Counted from the first letter of the stretch, positions 32,882-45,715 are shown. The stretch: 64,000 nucleotides of DNA from Alphaproteobacteria bacterium (GCA_965225945.1 CBDDBZ010000035.1:1-64000); one strand, 5' to 3'. Numbers and translations: made by a program. Notes: generated from the letters alone by a model not told the origin.

Positions 32882-33824
32882 GAGTCCGACTCGAAATGAA
32901 TCGAGTGTTTTCAGGCTCTTGCGAGGCGGCGCGTGAGGAGCTGGATGCTGGCGAGGAAGATCCAGGCCTCGGCGGTCTCGATGGCCGTCTCGAAGTCCTT
33001 GGCCAGCCGCCGGTTTCGATTGAGCCAGGCGAGCGTGCGCTCGACGACCCATCGGCGGGGCAGGAGTTGGAAGCCCTTCACGCCCGCGGGACGGTTGACG
33101 ATTTACAGCGACCAGCGGCCGATCCGCTTCAGTGCGCCCTCGAGCTTGGGCCCGGCATAGGCGCCGTCGGCGAAGACGTGGCGCAGGCGGGGAAAGTGGC
33201 GGGGGGATGGCGGCGAACACCGCCGGCGCGCCGTCGCGGTCCTGGATGTCGGCGCCGTGGACCACGACCGCGACCAGCAGGCCGCCGGTGTCGGTGAGGA
33301 TGTGACGCTTGCGGCCCTTGACTTTCTTTCCGGCGTCGAAGCCCCGGATACCGCCGCTTTCCGTGGTTTTTACGCTCTGACTGTCGATGATACCGGCCGA
33401 CGGGCCGGCCGCGCGGCCCTCGGCCTCGCGCGCCGCGACCAGCAGTTGCCGGTTGACCTCGGACCAGGTGCCGTCGTCCCGCCAGAGATAAAAGTAGCGC
33501 TGCACCGTCGAGCGTGGCGGGAAGTCCCGGGGCAGCATGCGCCATGGACAGCCGCTACGCAGTAGGTAGGGGATCAGGTAGGGGATCGCGTTCACCACCT
33601 CGCGCAATGCCGTCGTCCGAGGCCGTCCCAGCGCTTTGGCGCGAGGCAGCAACGGCTCCAGCACCTTCCATTCTCCATCCGTCAGGTCGCTTGCGTAGCG
33701 CAGCAGGTCGCGTTCATACTTCGGGCGAGTGATTTTGGTCCACATGTTGTGTCTCCCTGGTTGCTAAATACAAACAGTGAATCACAACTGACTGAAATCA
33801 CTCAACTCTTTTCGGGCCAGACAC
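32882..33824 (-). mobile_element. IS5-family element; transposase 32911-33745 frameshifted
   Basis: YASDLTDGEW, IIDSQSVK and GKKVKGRKRH motifs. 12-bp internal duplication (IPYLIPYL) and a frameshift near 33200. Confidence 0.9.
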
Positions 33825-33866
33825 TAAGGATTTGGAACAACGAACGGCACCAACCCTCACCTCGCG

Positions 33867-34466
33867 TTGCTTCACCATAGCGAGGTGCCCGCAGGGCTCC
33901 TGGATGAGTTTTGCACCAGTGTGAGCGTCGACTCTCTCAGATTCGAGAGAGTCTCTCGACCTGAACCAAGCCCGCAGATGGGCATCGAATGGCTTGCCTT
34001 TCCGGCTATAGCGGTATTCCTGCTGAAACCTTATTTCGACAGCTTTATGAAGGAGGCAGGAAAGGACCATTACCACGTTCTCAAGAGGGCCTTGAAAGCG
34101 CTTTGGGGGCAATTACCCTCGAAGGATCAAGAATTTCGGGTCGCAATCGTAACTGCATCAAGCGTGAAGAAGCTTGAGTACTCCATGCTGTTCGCAATAT
34201 ACGCAGCATTTGACGATGGAAAGCTGCTAAAACTTCTGATTCCCGAAGAGTGTTCGGAAGAGGAATATTCCGCGAGCATAGAAGCATTCCTAGATTTCGT
34301 TGAGTCATATCACGCCGGAAAATCAAAAAACAAAATTGCAATCAATCTGAACTCCGAAAGAGGAAGCGGAAATATTACTCTTGTTGCTTACGACGAAAAG
34401 AGTAAGTCTCTACGAAATGTTCGTATAAAGTCTGGTTCAAGTGGCGGCAAGAATGATGATGGCTAG
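33867..34466 (+). CDS. Hypothetical protein (start uncertain, next to IS5)
   Basis: 199-aa lower-GC ORF with one hydrophobic segment. No recognised domain. Confidence 0.6.
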   Translation: MLHHSEVPAGLLDEFCTSVSVDSLRFERVSRPEPSPQMGIEWLAFPAIAVFLLKPYFDSFMKEAGKDHYHVLKRALKALWGQLPSKDQEFRVAIVTASSVKKLEYSMLFAIYAAFDDGKLLKLLIPEECSEEEYSASIEAFLDFVESYHAGKSKNKIAINLNSERGSGNITLVAYDEKSKSLRNVRIKSGSSGGKNDDG

Positions 34467-34543
34467 AAGGTCTACATCAAAAAATTTCTGATGTACGACC
34501 ATTGAGGGGATATACCTGCTTCCTGTAGTTCATATCCATTTAG

Positions 34544-35621
34544 CGTCCCTATCTGGTTAAAGCAGGATGGGCTCCGAATGTTCTTGATATGTTCTCCATA
34601 GAGGTGTAGGCTGATCGCATCGGCTGGAGCTTTTGGAGGACTATTCGATGAGCGGGATATTGGAGTTCCTCGAACGCCATGGATCGGAGGCGGACTGCAT
34701 CGAGGCGCTGGCTCGGCTGCGCTGGCCGCAAGGCTACGTCTGGGCGCGTTGCGGCGAGAGGCGGAACTACCAATTGAAGACGCGGCCGCGGGTCTTCGAA
34801 TGCGCCGGTTGCGGCCATCAGGAATCGGTGACCGCGGGCACGGTCTTCCACCGCACCCGCACACCGTTGCGCAAATGGTTCCTGGCGGCGTGGTGGATGG
34901 GGCGCGACAAGCGCGGGGTCTCGGCGCTGTTTCTGTCGCGAGAGTTGAGCCTGCGCTACGACACCGCCTGGCTGATGGCCCACAAGCTGCGCCATGCCCT
35001 GACGGAGCGCCCGGAGTTCCCGCTGGAGGGCTTGGTCGAGGTCGACGAGAGCTATTACGGCGGGCGGGGCAAGCCGGAGAGCCGGGGGCGCGGGCTTTCC
35101 AACCCGAACAAGAGCCTGTTGGTGATGGCGGTCGAGAAGTGGCCGGTCGGGTCGGGCAAGGGCATCAAGGGGAGCGGCTTCGCCGCCGGCGCCGCGCGGC
35201 TCGCCATCCTGCCCGAGGCCACCGCCCGTGAGTTGGGCGACTTCGTGCGCGCCTCGGTGAAGCCGGGAAGCCGCCTCGACAGCGACGCTTTCAAGAGTTA
35301 CGCCAAGCTTGGCGATACTTATCGCCACCAGCCCGTCGTTCAAGGCCAAGGCAAGAACGCCGAGCAGCTCATGCCGGTCGTCCATGTCCTGTTTTCCAAC
35401 GTGAAGACGTGGCTCAACGGAACCTACCACGGGGTGAGCGCCAAGCATTTGCCGCGCTACGTCCGGGAATGGAACTACCGCTTCAACCGGCGCAAACGCA
35501 TCTTCGACCTTGCCGATTTCGTGTTGCACCGCGCCATGACCCGACCGACCATCACCTACAGGGAACTGGTCGACGGTATACAATCGCAGGGAGCGCTGCC
35601 TGCCTTAACCGGATAGGGACG
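34544..35621 (+). mobile_element. IS1595-family element (transposase 34648-35616)
   Basis: IRs CGTCCCTATC(T/C)GGTTAA. 8-bp TSD CCATTTAG. VEVDE and YVREWNYRFNRR motifs. Confidence 0.95.
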
Positions 35622-35639
35622 CCATTTAGAGTCGATGGC

Positions 35640-36407
35640 TACAATTCTCTCATGCTCATGTTTTCGATCGCAAAAATCTCGTCCTTTCTGAGTAATATAA
35701 ATCGGCGTGACGGTTTTGCCCAGGCCAAAGCCAGCATCTCGATTTCGATTGGTGAAATGGTCAACCAGACACAGTCGAGCTACGCTCCCGCTTGTGGCAT
35801 TCAATATAGCCGGCCTCCAGTATTCGTCCTAAAAGAATGCGCATAAATGATGGCCACAATGTGGGTTTCTCGGGTACGCCCAGCGCTCGCATTTATACGC
35901 TTCAAAAATTCTCTCATGCTCATGTTTTCGATAAAATCTCGTCCTTTCTGAGTAATATAAATGTGATCTGGTGAAATGGTCAAACCAGACACAGTCGAGC
36001 TACGCTCCCGCTTGTGGCATTCAATATAGCCGGCCTCCAGTATTCGTCCTAAAAGAATCGCATAAAAGCCACAATGTGGGTTTCTCGGGTTCGCATTTAT
36101 ACGCTTCTACGTCAAGCTCCAACTGTGAGAACTTGTCGTGAATGAAGCGCAAATTTGCCTTATAAAGAGTTAAACTCTTGCGATCAATATCTCCTCGATC
36201 AGCGCGACGATGACAGTTGGGACATAGTGCAATAAGGTTTTCGTATTTGTGCTCTCGGCAAATCGTCCAAGGAACAATGTGATGTATGTCAATTTCGATA
36301 TGGCGACAGGTGGGTATGGCGCAGCGATGGCCAGCTTCGACCAAAACGCGGCGTCTGGTTTCCGCCGGAATTGGTGGTCGGGGTTCGGTTTTCCCGCGTT
36401 TGGACAT
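35640..36407 (-). pseudogene. HNH endonuclease with duplicated and scrambled 3' end
   Basis: EAGHRCAIPTC...IHHI...NLIALCPNCH. About 200 bp of the 3' end is present twice (about 35645-35875 and 35907-36105) with different indels. Confidence 0.8.
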
Positions 36408-36437
36408 TGAAGTCTTCGACCACGTTAGAGGTGCGAG

Positions 36438-37330
36438 TCACTGGGACAGTGTATGCCGCATCCGCATCTGCACTGCAATGATTCGGCCGACTTGCTCCGC
36501 CGCCTCGACCAGGTGCCCATCTGCAAGGTGGGCGTAGCCGGCGGTCGTGCGGTGGCGGCGGTGCCCGAGCAGCTTACCGACCAGTGGCAGGTTTTCGCCC
36601 GCCATGACCGCCTGGCTGGCCGCCGTGTGGCGCAAGTCGTGCAGGCGGAGCCTACCGAGCTTCGCATCCGCGCAGGCCGTTCGCCAACAGTTCGTGAGAA
36701 CCCAGAGACCCCTGCCTTCGGCATGGCGCGGAAACAGGAACGCGTCCGGGTCTCGGGGACCGGGCAGCGCCTCGATCAGCGCCCGCGCGGCTTCGCCAAG
36801 CGGCCCGGCGCGCGGGCCGGTCTTCGAATCGCGGAGGCGGATCGCGTCCTCGCCGATATCGCGCCAGCGCAGATTGAGCACTTCGCTGCGGCGGCAGCCG
36901 GTGAGGGCCAGCAGGCGGATCGCCGCGACGGCCTCGGGCCAGCGAGTCTCGTGCGTGTCGAGCGCGCGCCCGAGCCGGGCCAGCTCATCGGCGTCGAGGA
37001 ACCGGGCGACCTGCTTCCTCGGGTTCTTCGTAATGCCGAGACAGGGGTTGGTGTCCCGCTCGCGCCAGCCCCACTCCTCGGCCCGGAACATCATCGCGCG
37101 CAGTATCTCGAAAGCGCGGTTGGCCGCGCCGGGCTTGTCCTTGCTGGCCGCATCGAACCACGCGGCCACGTCCTCGGGGCCGATGCGGTCGAGCGGCACC
37201 CTGCCGAACGCGGGCAGAATGCGGGCCTTGAGATAGATGCGCATGGTCCTGCGCCCGGAGGGCTTCCAGTGCGGTTCGCAGCGGCGCAGATACTCGTCCG
37301 CGAACTCCCGCAACGTCGGGGTCTCTTTCT
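36438..37330 (-). pseudogene. Tyrosine integrase lacking its N-terminal arm-binding domain
   Basis: LTGCRRSE, HDLRHT, LLGH and YAH catalytic motifs. Confidence 0.88.
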
Positions 37331-37527
37331 CCCGCTGGATGTCGTCTGGCCGACCGCGGCGGCGCCACGACGATCATGACAACCAACTTCGATCTCTTGC
37401 TTGAGGCTGCCGCCAAGCGCCTTCGTGTGCCAGTTGTCAAACGGCTTTCAATATTGACCGACGAACGGCCGAAAACGGCTATTCGTGACAATGGGCCGCT
37501 CCAAGGCAGGATTTTGTCACGACGGCA

Positions 37528-38540
37528 GGGTCGAGCAGGGGAAGGTGGGAACGCTCCGCACCGCCAGAAGCGCTACGATGCCGTGTCTTGAAACCCAACA
37601 TCGGGAGCATCTCCCATGGCAGTATCCCCGCCTCCGGCGCCTTCGTCCATCGATCTTTCCGGCCTGCCTCCTCGGGTCGTCGAGGCGGCCGCCCGGGTGC
37701 TCGCACTGTGTCGCGAGGAGCTTCGTTCCGAGCCGCGCCCCGAGGCGCCCGAGGAGGTCGAGTTGCGGGTGCGTGAGGCCACGAACGAGTTCGCTCGCGA
37801 TGTCATGGGCGCCGTCATCGAGAACCGGGACGATGGCGCTTCCCGGATCGAGCGGGACGGGCAGAGCTGGTTCCGGGTCGCGGTGACGCCGAAGACGATC
37901 ATGACCTCGCTCGGTCCGGTGACCTACCGGCGAGCGCGTTACCGCAGCGGCGCGAGCGGGGCATCGCCGGTGCCGGTCGACGAGAGCCTGGGCCTCGTCG
38001 ACGATTACCTGACGCGGCCGGCGGCCGAGCTCGGTCTGCTGATGATGGGTCACTGCACGGCCCGGGAAGCGGCGGCGTTCTTTGCGAAGACCGGCGCCAT
38101 GACGCCGTCGGTGAGCACCCTGCAGCGCCTGACCCTGAGCATGCACGAATGCTGGGAGAGCCTCGGCCCGGAGACGCTGGGCAGCATCCGTGAGGCCGAG
38201 GGCATACCGCAGGACGCGACCACCGCCTCGGTCTCCCTCGACGGCGTCATGGTGCCGCTGAGACCCGGCGAGGACGGTCGCGCCAAGGCCTCCTGGCGCG
38301 AGGCCGCCTGCGGCACGGTCTCCTTCCACGACGCCGAGGGCAAGCGCCTGAAGACCCTCTATCTCGGCCGCATGCCGGAGAGCGGCAAGCTCACGCTGAA
38401 GGCGCAGCTTGCAAGCGAAGTCGCACACATCAGGCGAGCACGCCCCGAGATCGGGATCGTCGCTATCGCCGATGGCGCCGCCGACAACTGGACCTTCCTG
38501 GAGACCCTGTCGCCCGAAACCGAGGTGATCGACTTCTGGG
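37528..38540 (+). pseudogene. ISKra4/ISLre2-like transposase (from 37616), 3'-truncated
   Basis: TSLGPVTYRRARY, SLDGVMVP, IADGAADNW and IDFW motifs, cut by an istB remnant. Confidence 0.75.
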
Positions 38541-40730
38541 TGGAAGAGCAGCTGCCCGCCGGCCTGGGCGAAGGGCGATGCCGGTAGCCGAGTTCGTCGA
38601 GGATGACGAAGTCGCGGCGTACGAGCTGGCATCGCGCGGTGCGGCCCTGGCGTCCGGCGCGGAGCTCGGCCTCGAGGTGGTTGACCAGGTCGACGACGTT
38701 GTAGCAGCGGCCCCGGGCGCCCTTGCGGATGCAGGAGCGCGCGATGGCGACGGCGAGATGGGTCTTGCCGGTGCCGGTGCCGCCGACCAGCACGATGTTG
38801 CGCTGCCGCCGACCAGCACGATGCCCTCCAGGAAGCCGCCGCCGGCGAGCTCCTGGATCAGGGGCTCGTTGACTGGCGAGGCGGCGAAGTCGAAGTCGGC
38901 CAGCTCCTTGGCCGTTGGCAACCTGGCGGACGCAATCTGGTACTTGATCGAGCGCGCCGTCTTGTCGGCGATCTCGACCTGCAGCAGCGTACCGATGATC
39001 TGCCGCACCGGATGGCGGCGCTTGAGCCCGTCGGCGAGGATATCGTCGTAGGCGGCGCGCATGCCCGCGAGCTTCAGCGCCGTCATCATCGCCAGCACCT
39101 CATGACGCTCCATGACCGGCCTCCCTCAGGCGATCGTAGCGCTGACAGTCGGCCACCGGCCGGTGGCGAAGCCGCGGGCCCTCGGGCGTCGGGATGGTCG
39201 CCGGCGGTGCCGGCTGGCACTGCCGGGCGAGGATGTTGAGCACGACGTCGGCGCTGCGGGCGCCGCAGTCGAGCGCCTCGGCACGGGCCGCCTCGACCGC
39301 CTCCAGTCCGTCCTCCTGAACCGCCGCGAGGATCCTCACGAACTGCCTGTCACCGTCGTCGCAACCCGTCAGCCGGGCCCGTATGCGGCCGAGCGCGCCG
39401 GGCAGTTGCCAGCCCTTGAAGGGCGCGCCGTTCCTCAGCGCACCAGGCTTCCGCGTCAGGATCGGCACGTAGTGCCACGGATCGTAGGCGATCTCGCCGC
39501 GCCCGAAGCTCCGGGGATGCTCGGCGACGGTCTCGCCGTCCTGGCGGATGACGATCCGATCGGCGTAGGCCCGCACGTCGACCGGCCGCCCGACGGCACG
39601 GGCGGCGACGCTGTAGTGGTTGTTGTCGAAGCGCACCAGACAGGTCTTGGACACCGCCACCTCGGTGGCGTGGAAGCCGTCGAAGGGGCCGCGATAGGCC
39701 ATCAAGAAGGGCCGCTCCTCCTCGAACACCTGCCACACCGTCTTGCTCTCGATCGTCGGATGCGGCCGCTTCTTGGCGTCCTCGATACACCGATCCATCA
39801 GCCACTCGTTGATCTCGACGTGGGAGCGGCCCCGCGGGATGGGCACGAACAGGCGGCCGCGGATGTCACCCACCTGCCTCTCGACCTGCCCCTTCTCCCA
39901 GCCCGCACCCGGAGTGCACGCCACCGGCTCCACCAGATGGTGGGAGCACAGCTCCAGAAAGCGCCGGTTGTAGGCGCCCTCCTTGCCGACGAAGACCATG
40001 CTCACCGCCGTCTTCATGTTGTCGTGGATGCCCCGTCGGCAGACCCCGCCGAAGAAGTGGAAGGCCCGTTCGTGCGCCTCGAACACCATCTCCTGGCTCT
40101 CGCGCGGGAAGATCTGAACCAGCTGCATGCGGCTGTAGCAGAGCCGCATGTGCGCCGCCTTCACCTTGGTCGTCACACCCGACAGGCGCGCGTACTCGTG
40201 GCTCCAGTCGAACTGGTAGGCCTCGCCGGGATCGAAGCTCAGCGGCACAAAACCCTGCGACGGCGACAACAGCCGCCACCGCCGACGCCAGGTCCTGGCG
40301 TAGCGGCGCACTGCGTCGTAGCCGCCGCCATAGCCCAGAGCCGCAAGGTCTTCATGAATCCGCAGCAGAGACAGCCGATCCCGGCGCGGCTTCTTCTCGT
40401 TGGCCTCCAGCTGGCGCTCGAGCTCATCCACCCACGGTCCAAGCTTCGGCATCGGCTGGATCTTGCGCGCGTAGCTGTACGAGGTCTCATCGCCCCGCAC
40501 CACCTTGCGCACCGTGTTCTTCGAAACCCTCAAATCCCGGGCGATCTTCTTGATCGGAACGCCCCTCACCAGATGATCCCGACGGATCCGTGCGATCGTT
40601 TCCACTACCAGCATCTCCCCCACCTCGTCTGTGCAAACAACGAGGTGTGTTAAAAATCACAAAACCAGGGGGGTCAATTTTGGACGCCGATTACCCCACC
40701 AAGGGGGTCAATATTCCACGCCGATCAACA
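38540..40730 (-). mobile_element. istA: IS21-family element (istA 39100-40614, degenerate istB 38540-39113), right end lost
   Basis: Left end TGTTGATCGGCGTGG at 40730. Full-length IstA. istB has a duplication and frameshifts. Confidence 0.92.
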
Positions 40731-40772
40731 ATCGGGCACCGCAAGTCAATCCTCGTCACCTTTATCCAAGGC

Positions 40773-40826
40773 GGGAATCCCAGGAACCGGGGGAACTCCG
40801 GGAACTCCGGGAACTTCGGGGACTCC
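40773..40826. repeat. Imperfect 9-bp tandem repeat (GGGAACTCC)n
   Basis: About 6 units. Encodes (VPG)n on the minus strand. Confidence 0.7.
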
Positions 40827-40872
40827 AAACTCCCTTTTCACCAGTTCGTCTAGCGCTTCCTGATCGCTATCG

Positions 40873-42253
40873 GAGCTATACCCGAAAGTTGGTGATGGGA
40901 TGAGATGAGGGCGGCGTATCCTGGCGATGTTGGAGTCGCTATTTTCCACGAAGGAGGGATACGCCATGAGAGAGGATACAATCGTCCAGTTTCGCCAACC
41001 AGGATCATTTGAGGACGATCCGCTGACGGAGGTTTTGCGTCTTGGTGCGCGGCGTTTACTTGGGCAAGCGGTGGAGGCGGAAGTTGCCGGTTTTGTCGAG
41101 GCGTATGCGCATCTGACGGACTCGGCCGGCCGCCGTCGGATCGTACGCCACGGGCATTTGCCGGAGCGCGAGATCCAGACCGGCATTGGTCCGGTTGCGG
41201 TGCGCTGTCCCAGGGTGCGCGACCGAGGCGCCGGCGAGACGGGGCCGCGGATTCGCTTCACCTCACGGATCTTGCCTCCCTATCTCAGGCGCGCCAAGTC
41301 GATCGAGGAACTCCTGCCCTGGCTTTATCTGAAGGGCATCTCCACGGGCGATTTCTGCGAGGCGCTTGCGGCGCTCTTGGGGCCCGAGGCGCCGGGGCTC
41401 TCGGCCTCGACCATTGCCCGCCTCAAGGAGGTCTGGCAAGGCGAGCTGGAGCATTGGCAACGGCGCGATCTCTCGGCCAAGCGTCATGTCTACTTCTGGG
41501 CCGACGGCGTCTACTTCTCACCACGGCTCGACCATGACAAGCAATGCATGTGCGTGATCATCGGTGCTGACGAGCTGGGCCGCAAGGAGCGGCTGGCGAT
41601 CGCCGACGGCTACCGGGAGAGCGCCCAGTCCTGGCGCGAAGTGCTGCTCGATCTCAAGCGCCGCGGCCTGGCGATTGCGCCCGAGCTGGCCACCGGCGAC
41701 GGGGCGCTCGGTTTCTGGAAAGCCTTGCGCGAGGTCTACGGGACGACGCGCGAGCAGCGCTATTGGGTGCACAAGACCGCCAACGTGCTCAACAAGCTCC
41801 CGAAGTCCGTCCAGCCACGCGCCAAGCAGCACCTACAGGACATCTGGATGGCCGAGACCCGCGCGGTGGCCGAGAAGGCCTTCGACTTCTTCCTCGAGGC
41901 CGATGGCCCCAAGTACGACAAAGCGGTGGCCTGCCTGGCCAAGGACCACGACGTGTTGCTCGCCTTCTACGACTTCCCGGCCGAGCACTGGAAGCACATT
42001 CGCACCACCAATCCCATCGAAAGCACCTTTGCGACCGTGCGCCTCAGTACCACCAAGACCAACGGCTGCCTCAGCCGCATGACGGCGCTCACCATGGTCT
42101 TCAAGCTGTGCCAGTCGGCCACCAAGAAGTGGCGCCGCCTGGACGGCCCGCACCAGATCGCCGACATCATTCAAGGCGTCAAATTCAAGGACGGAGAAAA
42201 GCTAACCGAACGCGCCGCCTGAAACCTGCGTCACTAACATTTGACAATAGCTC
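40873..42253 (+). mobile_element. IS256-family element (transposase 40966-42222)
   Basis: IRs GAGCTAT.../...ATAGCTC. 9-bp TSD TCGCTATCG. Confidence 0.96.
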
Positions 42254-42450
42254 TCGCTATCGCCGTTATCCTCCGATGGTGGTTTCGACCTGCTCATGTG
42301 GTTTTATCCGGTCAGAAGTGGGCCCGCTCCCAGAAAGTCCGCATTCACCCTCCGGTCGCAGGCCCATTCTAGCGTACGCGTCGACAGCCTCCCGCACCAC
42401 GCTTGGTGCCCAAATGCCGAGACGGGGTTCGGGGTCGACCTCGGTGCAAG

Positions 42451-43292
42451 CTACCGAAGTTGCTCTCCCTCGTACACCGCACTGAAATGATCGGCGAAGT
42501 CGAATCCGTCTAAAATAACATGGTCGGCGGTTTGATAGTCTGCCATGAGAGGAAATTCAATGCTCTTATGGTCTTTTTCGCTGTGAGCGAACCACATTAT
42601 CCTATACTCTCGATCGTACTTGTACGGGGTTATGGGTTTTGTGAAGACACGATCGATATCCAATACACCGCTGTTTGCGACTTCGTCAATAGTGTCCCTG
42701 AATTCTCCGAACGATTGAAGAAGTACTTTTCTGTCTCCGTACGCAATTGCACCAGATAACGCGAACAAATGAGCCTTTAAGTTCAAGTGATCGCGGAGCC
42801 GATCCGTCAGCATCTGACAGGTCCGTCCTGGAGAGCTAAGGCATAGGGTCGGTGTTCCTTCTGGTAGTTTCAGGTTTGTCCTGATTTGCTCAAACAGCAT
42901 GTTTCTCTTTTTCCTGCTCAGGCTCTTTGGGACCATAGACAGGGACATCGATAGTGGATTTCCCATCACGAGTTTTCTTTCGCTGGTTAAACTCCCAGTC
43001 CCGGATAGCGCAGTTATTTTCTTCCCCGGAAGTAACCTAAGACGCCAATACTTTCGTCATTTCTGACGACCCATTTCCCACTATTCTGGTTCTCCCACCG
43101 AATTTGTGCCGAGACCTCTCCCTTATCACTCCGTGCATCGTCGAATCCCTTGTTTCGTTCGATAGAACCTATCAGTACGGTGCCTGATTCGCATTTCGGT
43201 AAGTCGCTTTTGTCAACGAAACGGATGAAGTGACAATTCGATGCCGTTTTGTAATCTATTCCTCCTATGCAATATCGGGGCGCTTTGGTCAT
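42451..43292 (-). pseudogene. Hypothetical protein in two frames
   Basis: Consecutive lower-GC ORFs 43014-43292 and 42451-42969, probably one frameshifted gene. Confidence 0.5.
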
Positions 43293-43514
43293 CGGTCTGA
43301 ATTCCCGTTTCTCCTAGCTAGCGTTGCGGTAGTGGAGATTGTACTACCAGTTGCCACCGAGGTGACGCGAATGTCGACGAAATCCCACATCACTTTAGCG
43401 GTTGCGGATAACCGGCTTCCGTGCTTCGCACAATACTCACGCGCCACTCGCGCCGTTAGGTGAAGGCGAATGACGGTTACTGGCCAATCAGAATTTCGAG
43501 TTTCGGCGGGCTGA

Positions 43515-43720
43515 TCATGCCGTCAACGCAGACGCCTCAACGTTTCCGTTGAGTATGTCCGCGCCGATGCTGTCGGCGACTCGGGCCGACGATGCTTTGA
43601 TCGAATTGCACGCCACATGTGCATATGGCGAGGTCGTATCGATCTTGTTGTGGCCCAAGAGCTTCCCAATCATGCTGAGGCTATCCCCCAAGGCCAGCGC
43701 CCGCGAGGCGAATGACTGCC
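43515..43720 (-). pseudogene. Tyrosine integrase C-terminal remnant
   Basis: SFASRALALG...IGKLLGH...YAH. Confidence 0.8.
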
Positions 43721-43940
43721 AACTATCACACGGAAGTTCGAATTCTGGAGCCCTGACACGCGGATAGCGGCGCTCCATCTGCCCCACGATCGCCGTATCT
43801 CATCTAGCGGCGTCGCCAAAGCCGCCGACCCGTACTCCGCCGCGAAGAGACCGAGTCCGGCGCCCGTCGGTAGAGGCGCGGACGCCGGAGCGAGGCCCCG
43901 CGCTGCGCTCGCGCAACGCATTCAGACGGGGATCGCCGCC

Positions 43941-44183
43941 ATGACCGACACGAACATCACCGAGCAGCACCGACACGCATTCGAGGCGTTGACGAGCGGC
44001 CGCTACGACAACTTTGCCTTGTTCAGTTGCACGGTCGACGGCCTGCCGGCCGCGGCCATTGTCACCGTACACCAGTGTGCGCCTGCCGAGGACGGTGGAG
44101 AGCCGGAGTACGTGCTCCAGCCGCTCTTCGTGAGCGTAACCGCGGCAATGAAGGTTGCCGACCACGACGGAGTCGAGGCATGA
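43941..44183 (+). CDS. Small conserved mobile-element protein (DUF6117-like)
   Basis: HRHAFEAL...FALFSC...QPLF. ATGA overlap with the next gene. Confidence 0.6.
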   Translation: MTDTNITEQHRHAFEALTSGRYDNFALFSCTVDGLPAAAIVTVHQCAPAEDGGEPEYVLQPLFVSVTAAMKVADHDGVEA

Positions 44184-45025
44184 GCGGCGTCCCGCCGCTC
44201 CGCCGCCCGCCCGAATTCGTCATCCCCCGCCAATGCCGGAACCTGATCGAACGCGGCGCCCTGGTCGCCGTCAACAGCAGCGGCGGCAAGGACAGCCAGG
44301 CGATGACGATCCTGCTCTCGCGGTTCGTCGCCCGCGAGCAGATGCTCGTCGTTCACGCGCCGCTCCGCGAGGTCGAGTGGCCGGGCACCATCCGGCACAT
44401 TGAGGCCACGCTTCCCGACGGCGCACCGCTGATCCTCGCACCCGTCACCTCCGGCAAGTCGCTGCTCGACAGCATCGAGGAACGGGGCCGGTTCCCGTCG
44501 CCATCGGTTCGCTGGTGTACGAGTTCGACGAAACGCGGACCCATCGAGCGGGAGCTGCGCCGCCATCTCAAATCCCGCCCCCAATCCGGCGGGCGGCTGG
44601 TGAACGCCATGGGCATGCGCGCGGAAGAGAGTGCGGCGCGCGCGAGGAAGCTCCCCTGGAAACGCAGCGACCGCAACTCCAGGGCGGGGCGGTCCTGGTT
44701 CGACTGGCTTCCGATCTTCGATCTCACCGAGGCCCAGGTCTTCGACGTCATCCGCGCCGCCGGCCAGTCGCCGCATCCGGCCTACGGGATGGGAATGTCG
44801 AGACTGTCATGCGTGTTCTGCATCATGGCCTCGCGCGCCGATCTCCGCACCGCCGCGCGATTGCAGCCGGCGCTCTACCGCCGCTTTGTCCGCCTTGAAG
44901 AGCGCATCGGCCACACGCTCTCGCCGACCGGGGTCCCCTTGCCGGCTCTGACCGGCGTGCCGGTCCAGCCCGACCCCGGCGCATGCCGCTTCGAGCGGAG
45001 CGCCTTCCCCTTCGCCGGACCGTAA
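44180..45025 (+). CDS. PAPS reductase-family protein
   Basis: PP-loop SSGGKDS, RWCTS..K, GMRAEES and RLSCVFC. Confidence 0.88.
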   Translation: MSGVPPLRRPPEFVIPRQCRNLIERGALVAVNSSGGKDSQAMTILLSRFVAREQMLVVHAPLREVEWPGTIRHIEATLPDGAPLILAPVTSGKSLLDSIEERGRFPSPSVRWCTSSTKRGPIERELRRHLKSRPQSGGRLVNAMGMRAEESAARARKLPWKRSDRNSRAGRSWFDWLPIFDLTEAQVFDVIRAAGQSPHPAYGMGMSRLSCVFCIMASRADLRTAARLQPALYRRFVRLEERIGHTLSPTGVPLPALTGVPVQPDPGACRFERSAFPFAGP

Positions 45026-45304
45026 GACCGACCTTCCCGCCGAGACCCGCCGGCCCGCCGCGCCCATCGAAACCTTCCGCGACACGTCGGTCGCCCCGTT
45101 GCACCGGGAGATGCCTCGCCTGCGCCGCATCTGTTCCTGGCACCGTCTGCGAAGCCGCCTGACCGCCGTATCGGCGAAACCGCCATGCGGTTCCCGCCGC
45201 TCGCTCCACAGCGCCATGAGTCAGAGGGGCGGCTCGGACCGGGGCGAAGGCCGGGCGCCCGGAGGGTGCCCGCGCCGCCTCCCCGCCATTCCGGAGTCCT
45301 GTCC

Positions 45305-45715
45305 ATGACCCAACCCGCAACCATTTCCGCGGACTACACCCTCCGCCCCAGCGAGCTCTCCGCGACCCTCGCCCTCCTGGTCGAAGCCCGCCAGCCGACC
45401 ATGGTCTGGGGGCCGCCCGGCTCGGCAAAGTCGATGATCGCACAGCAGGTCGCGGCAGACGGTGGCCGCGAATATGTCGACGTCCGGGCGCTCCTGCTCG
45501 ACCCCGTCGATCTGCGCGGCATCCCCTGGCGCGACGCCGCCGACCGCACCCGCTGGGCGCCGCCGGTATTCCTGCCGCCGACCGACGACACCGGCCTCTG
45601 GCTCATCAACCTCGAAGAGCTGCCTTCCTGCGTGCCGATGGTCCAGGCCGCTCTTTATCAGCTCGCGCTCGAACGCAAGGTCGGCGAGTACGAGCTCCCC
45701 GAGGGCGCATCGCTC
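45305..45715 (+). pseudogene. MoxR-like AAA+ ATPase, 3'-truncated
   Basis: WGPPGSAKS, DPVDLRGIP and LEEL...VQAALYQL motifs. Fused to a recombinase fragment. Confidence 0.8.

Noticed and set aside
40773-40826. CRISPR array
   Set aside because: The 9-bp units have no spacers, and no cas genes or repeat-spacer arrays were seen in the window.
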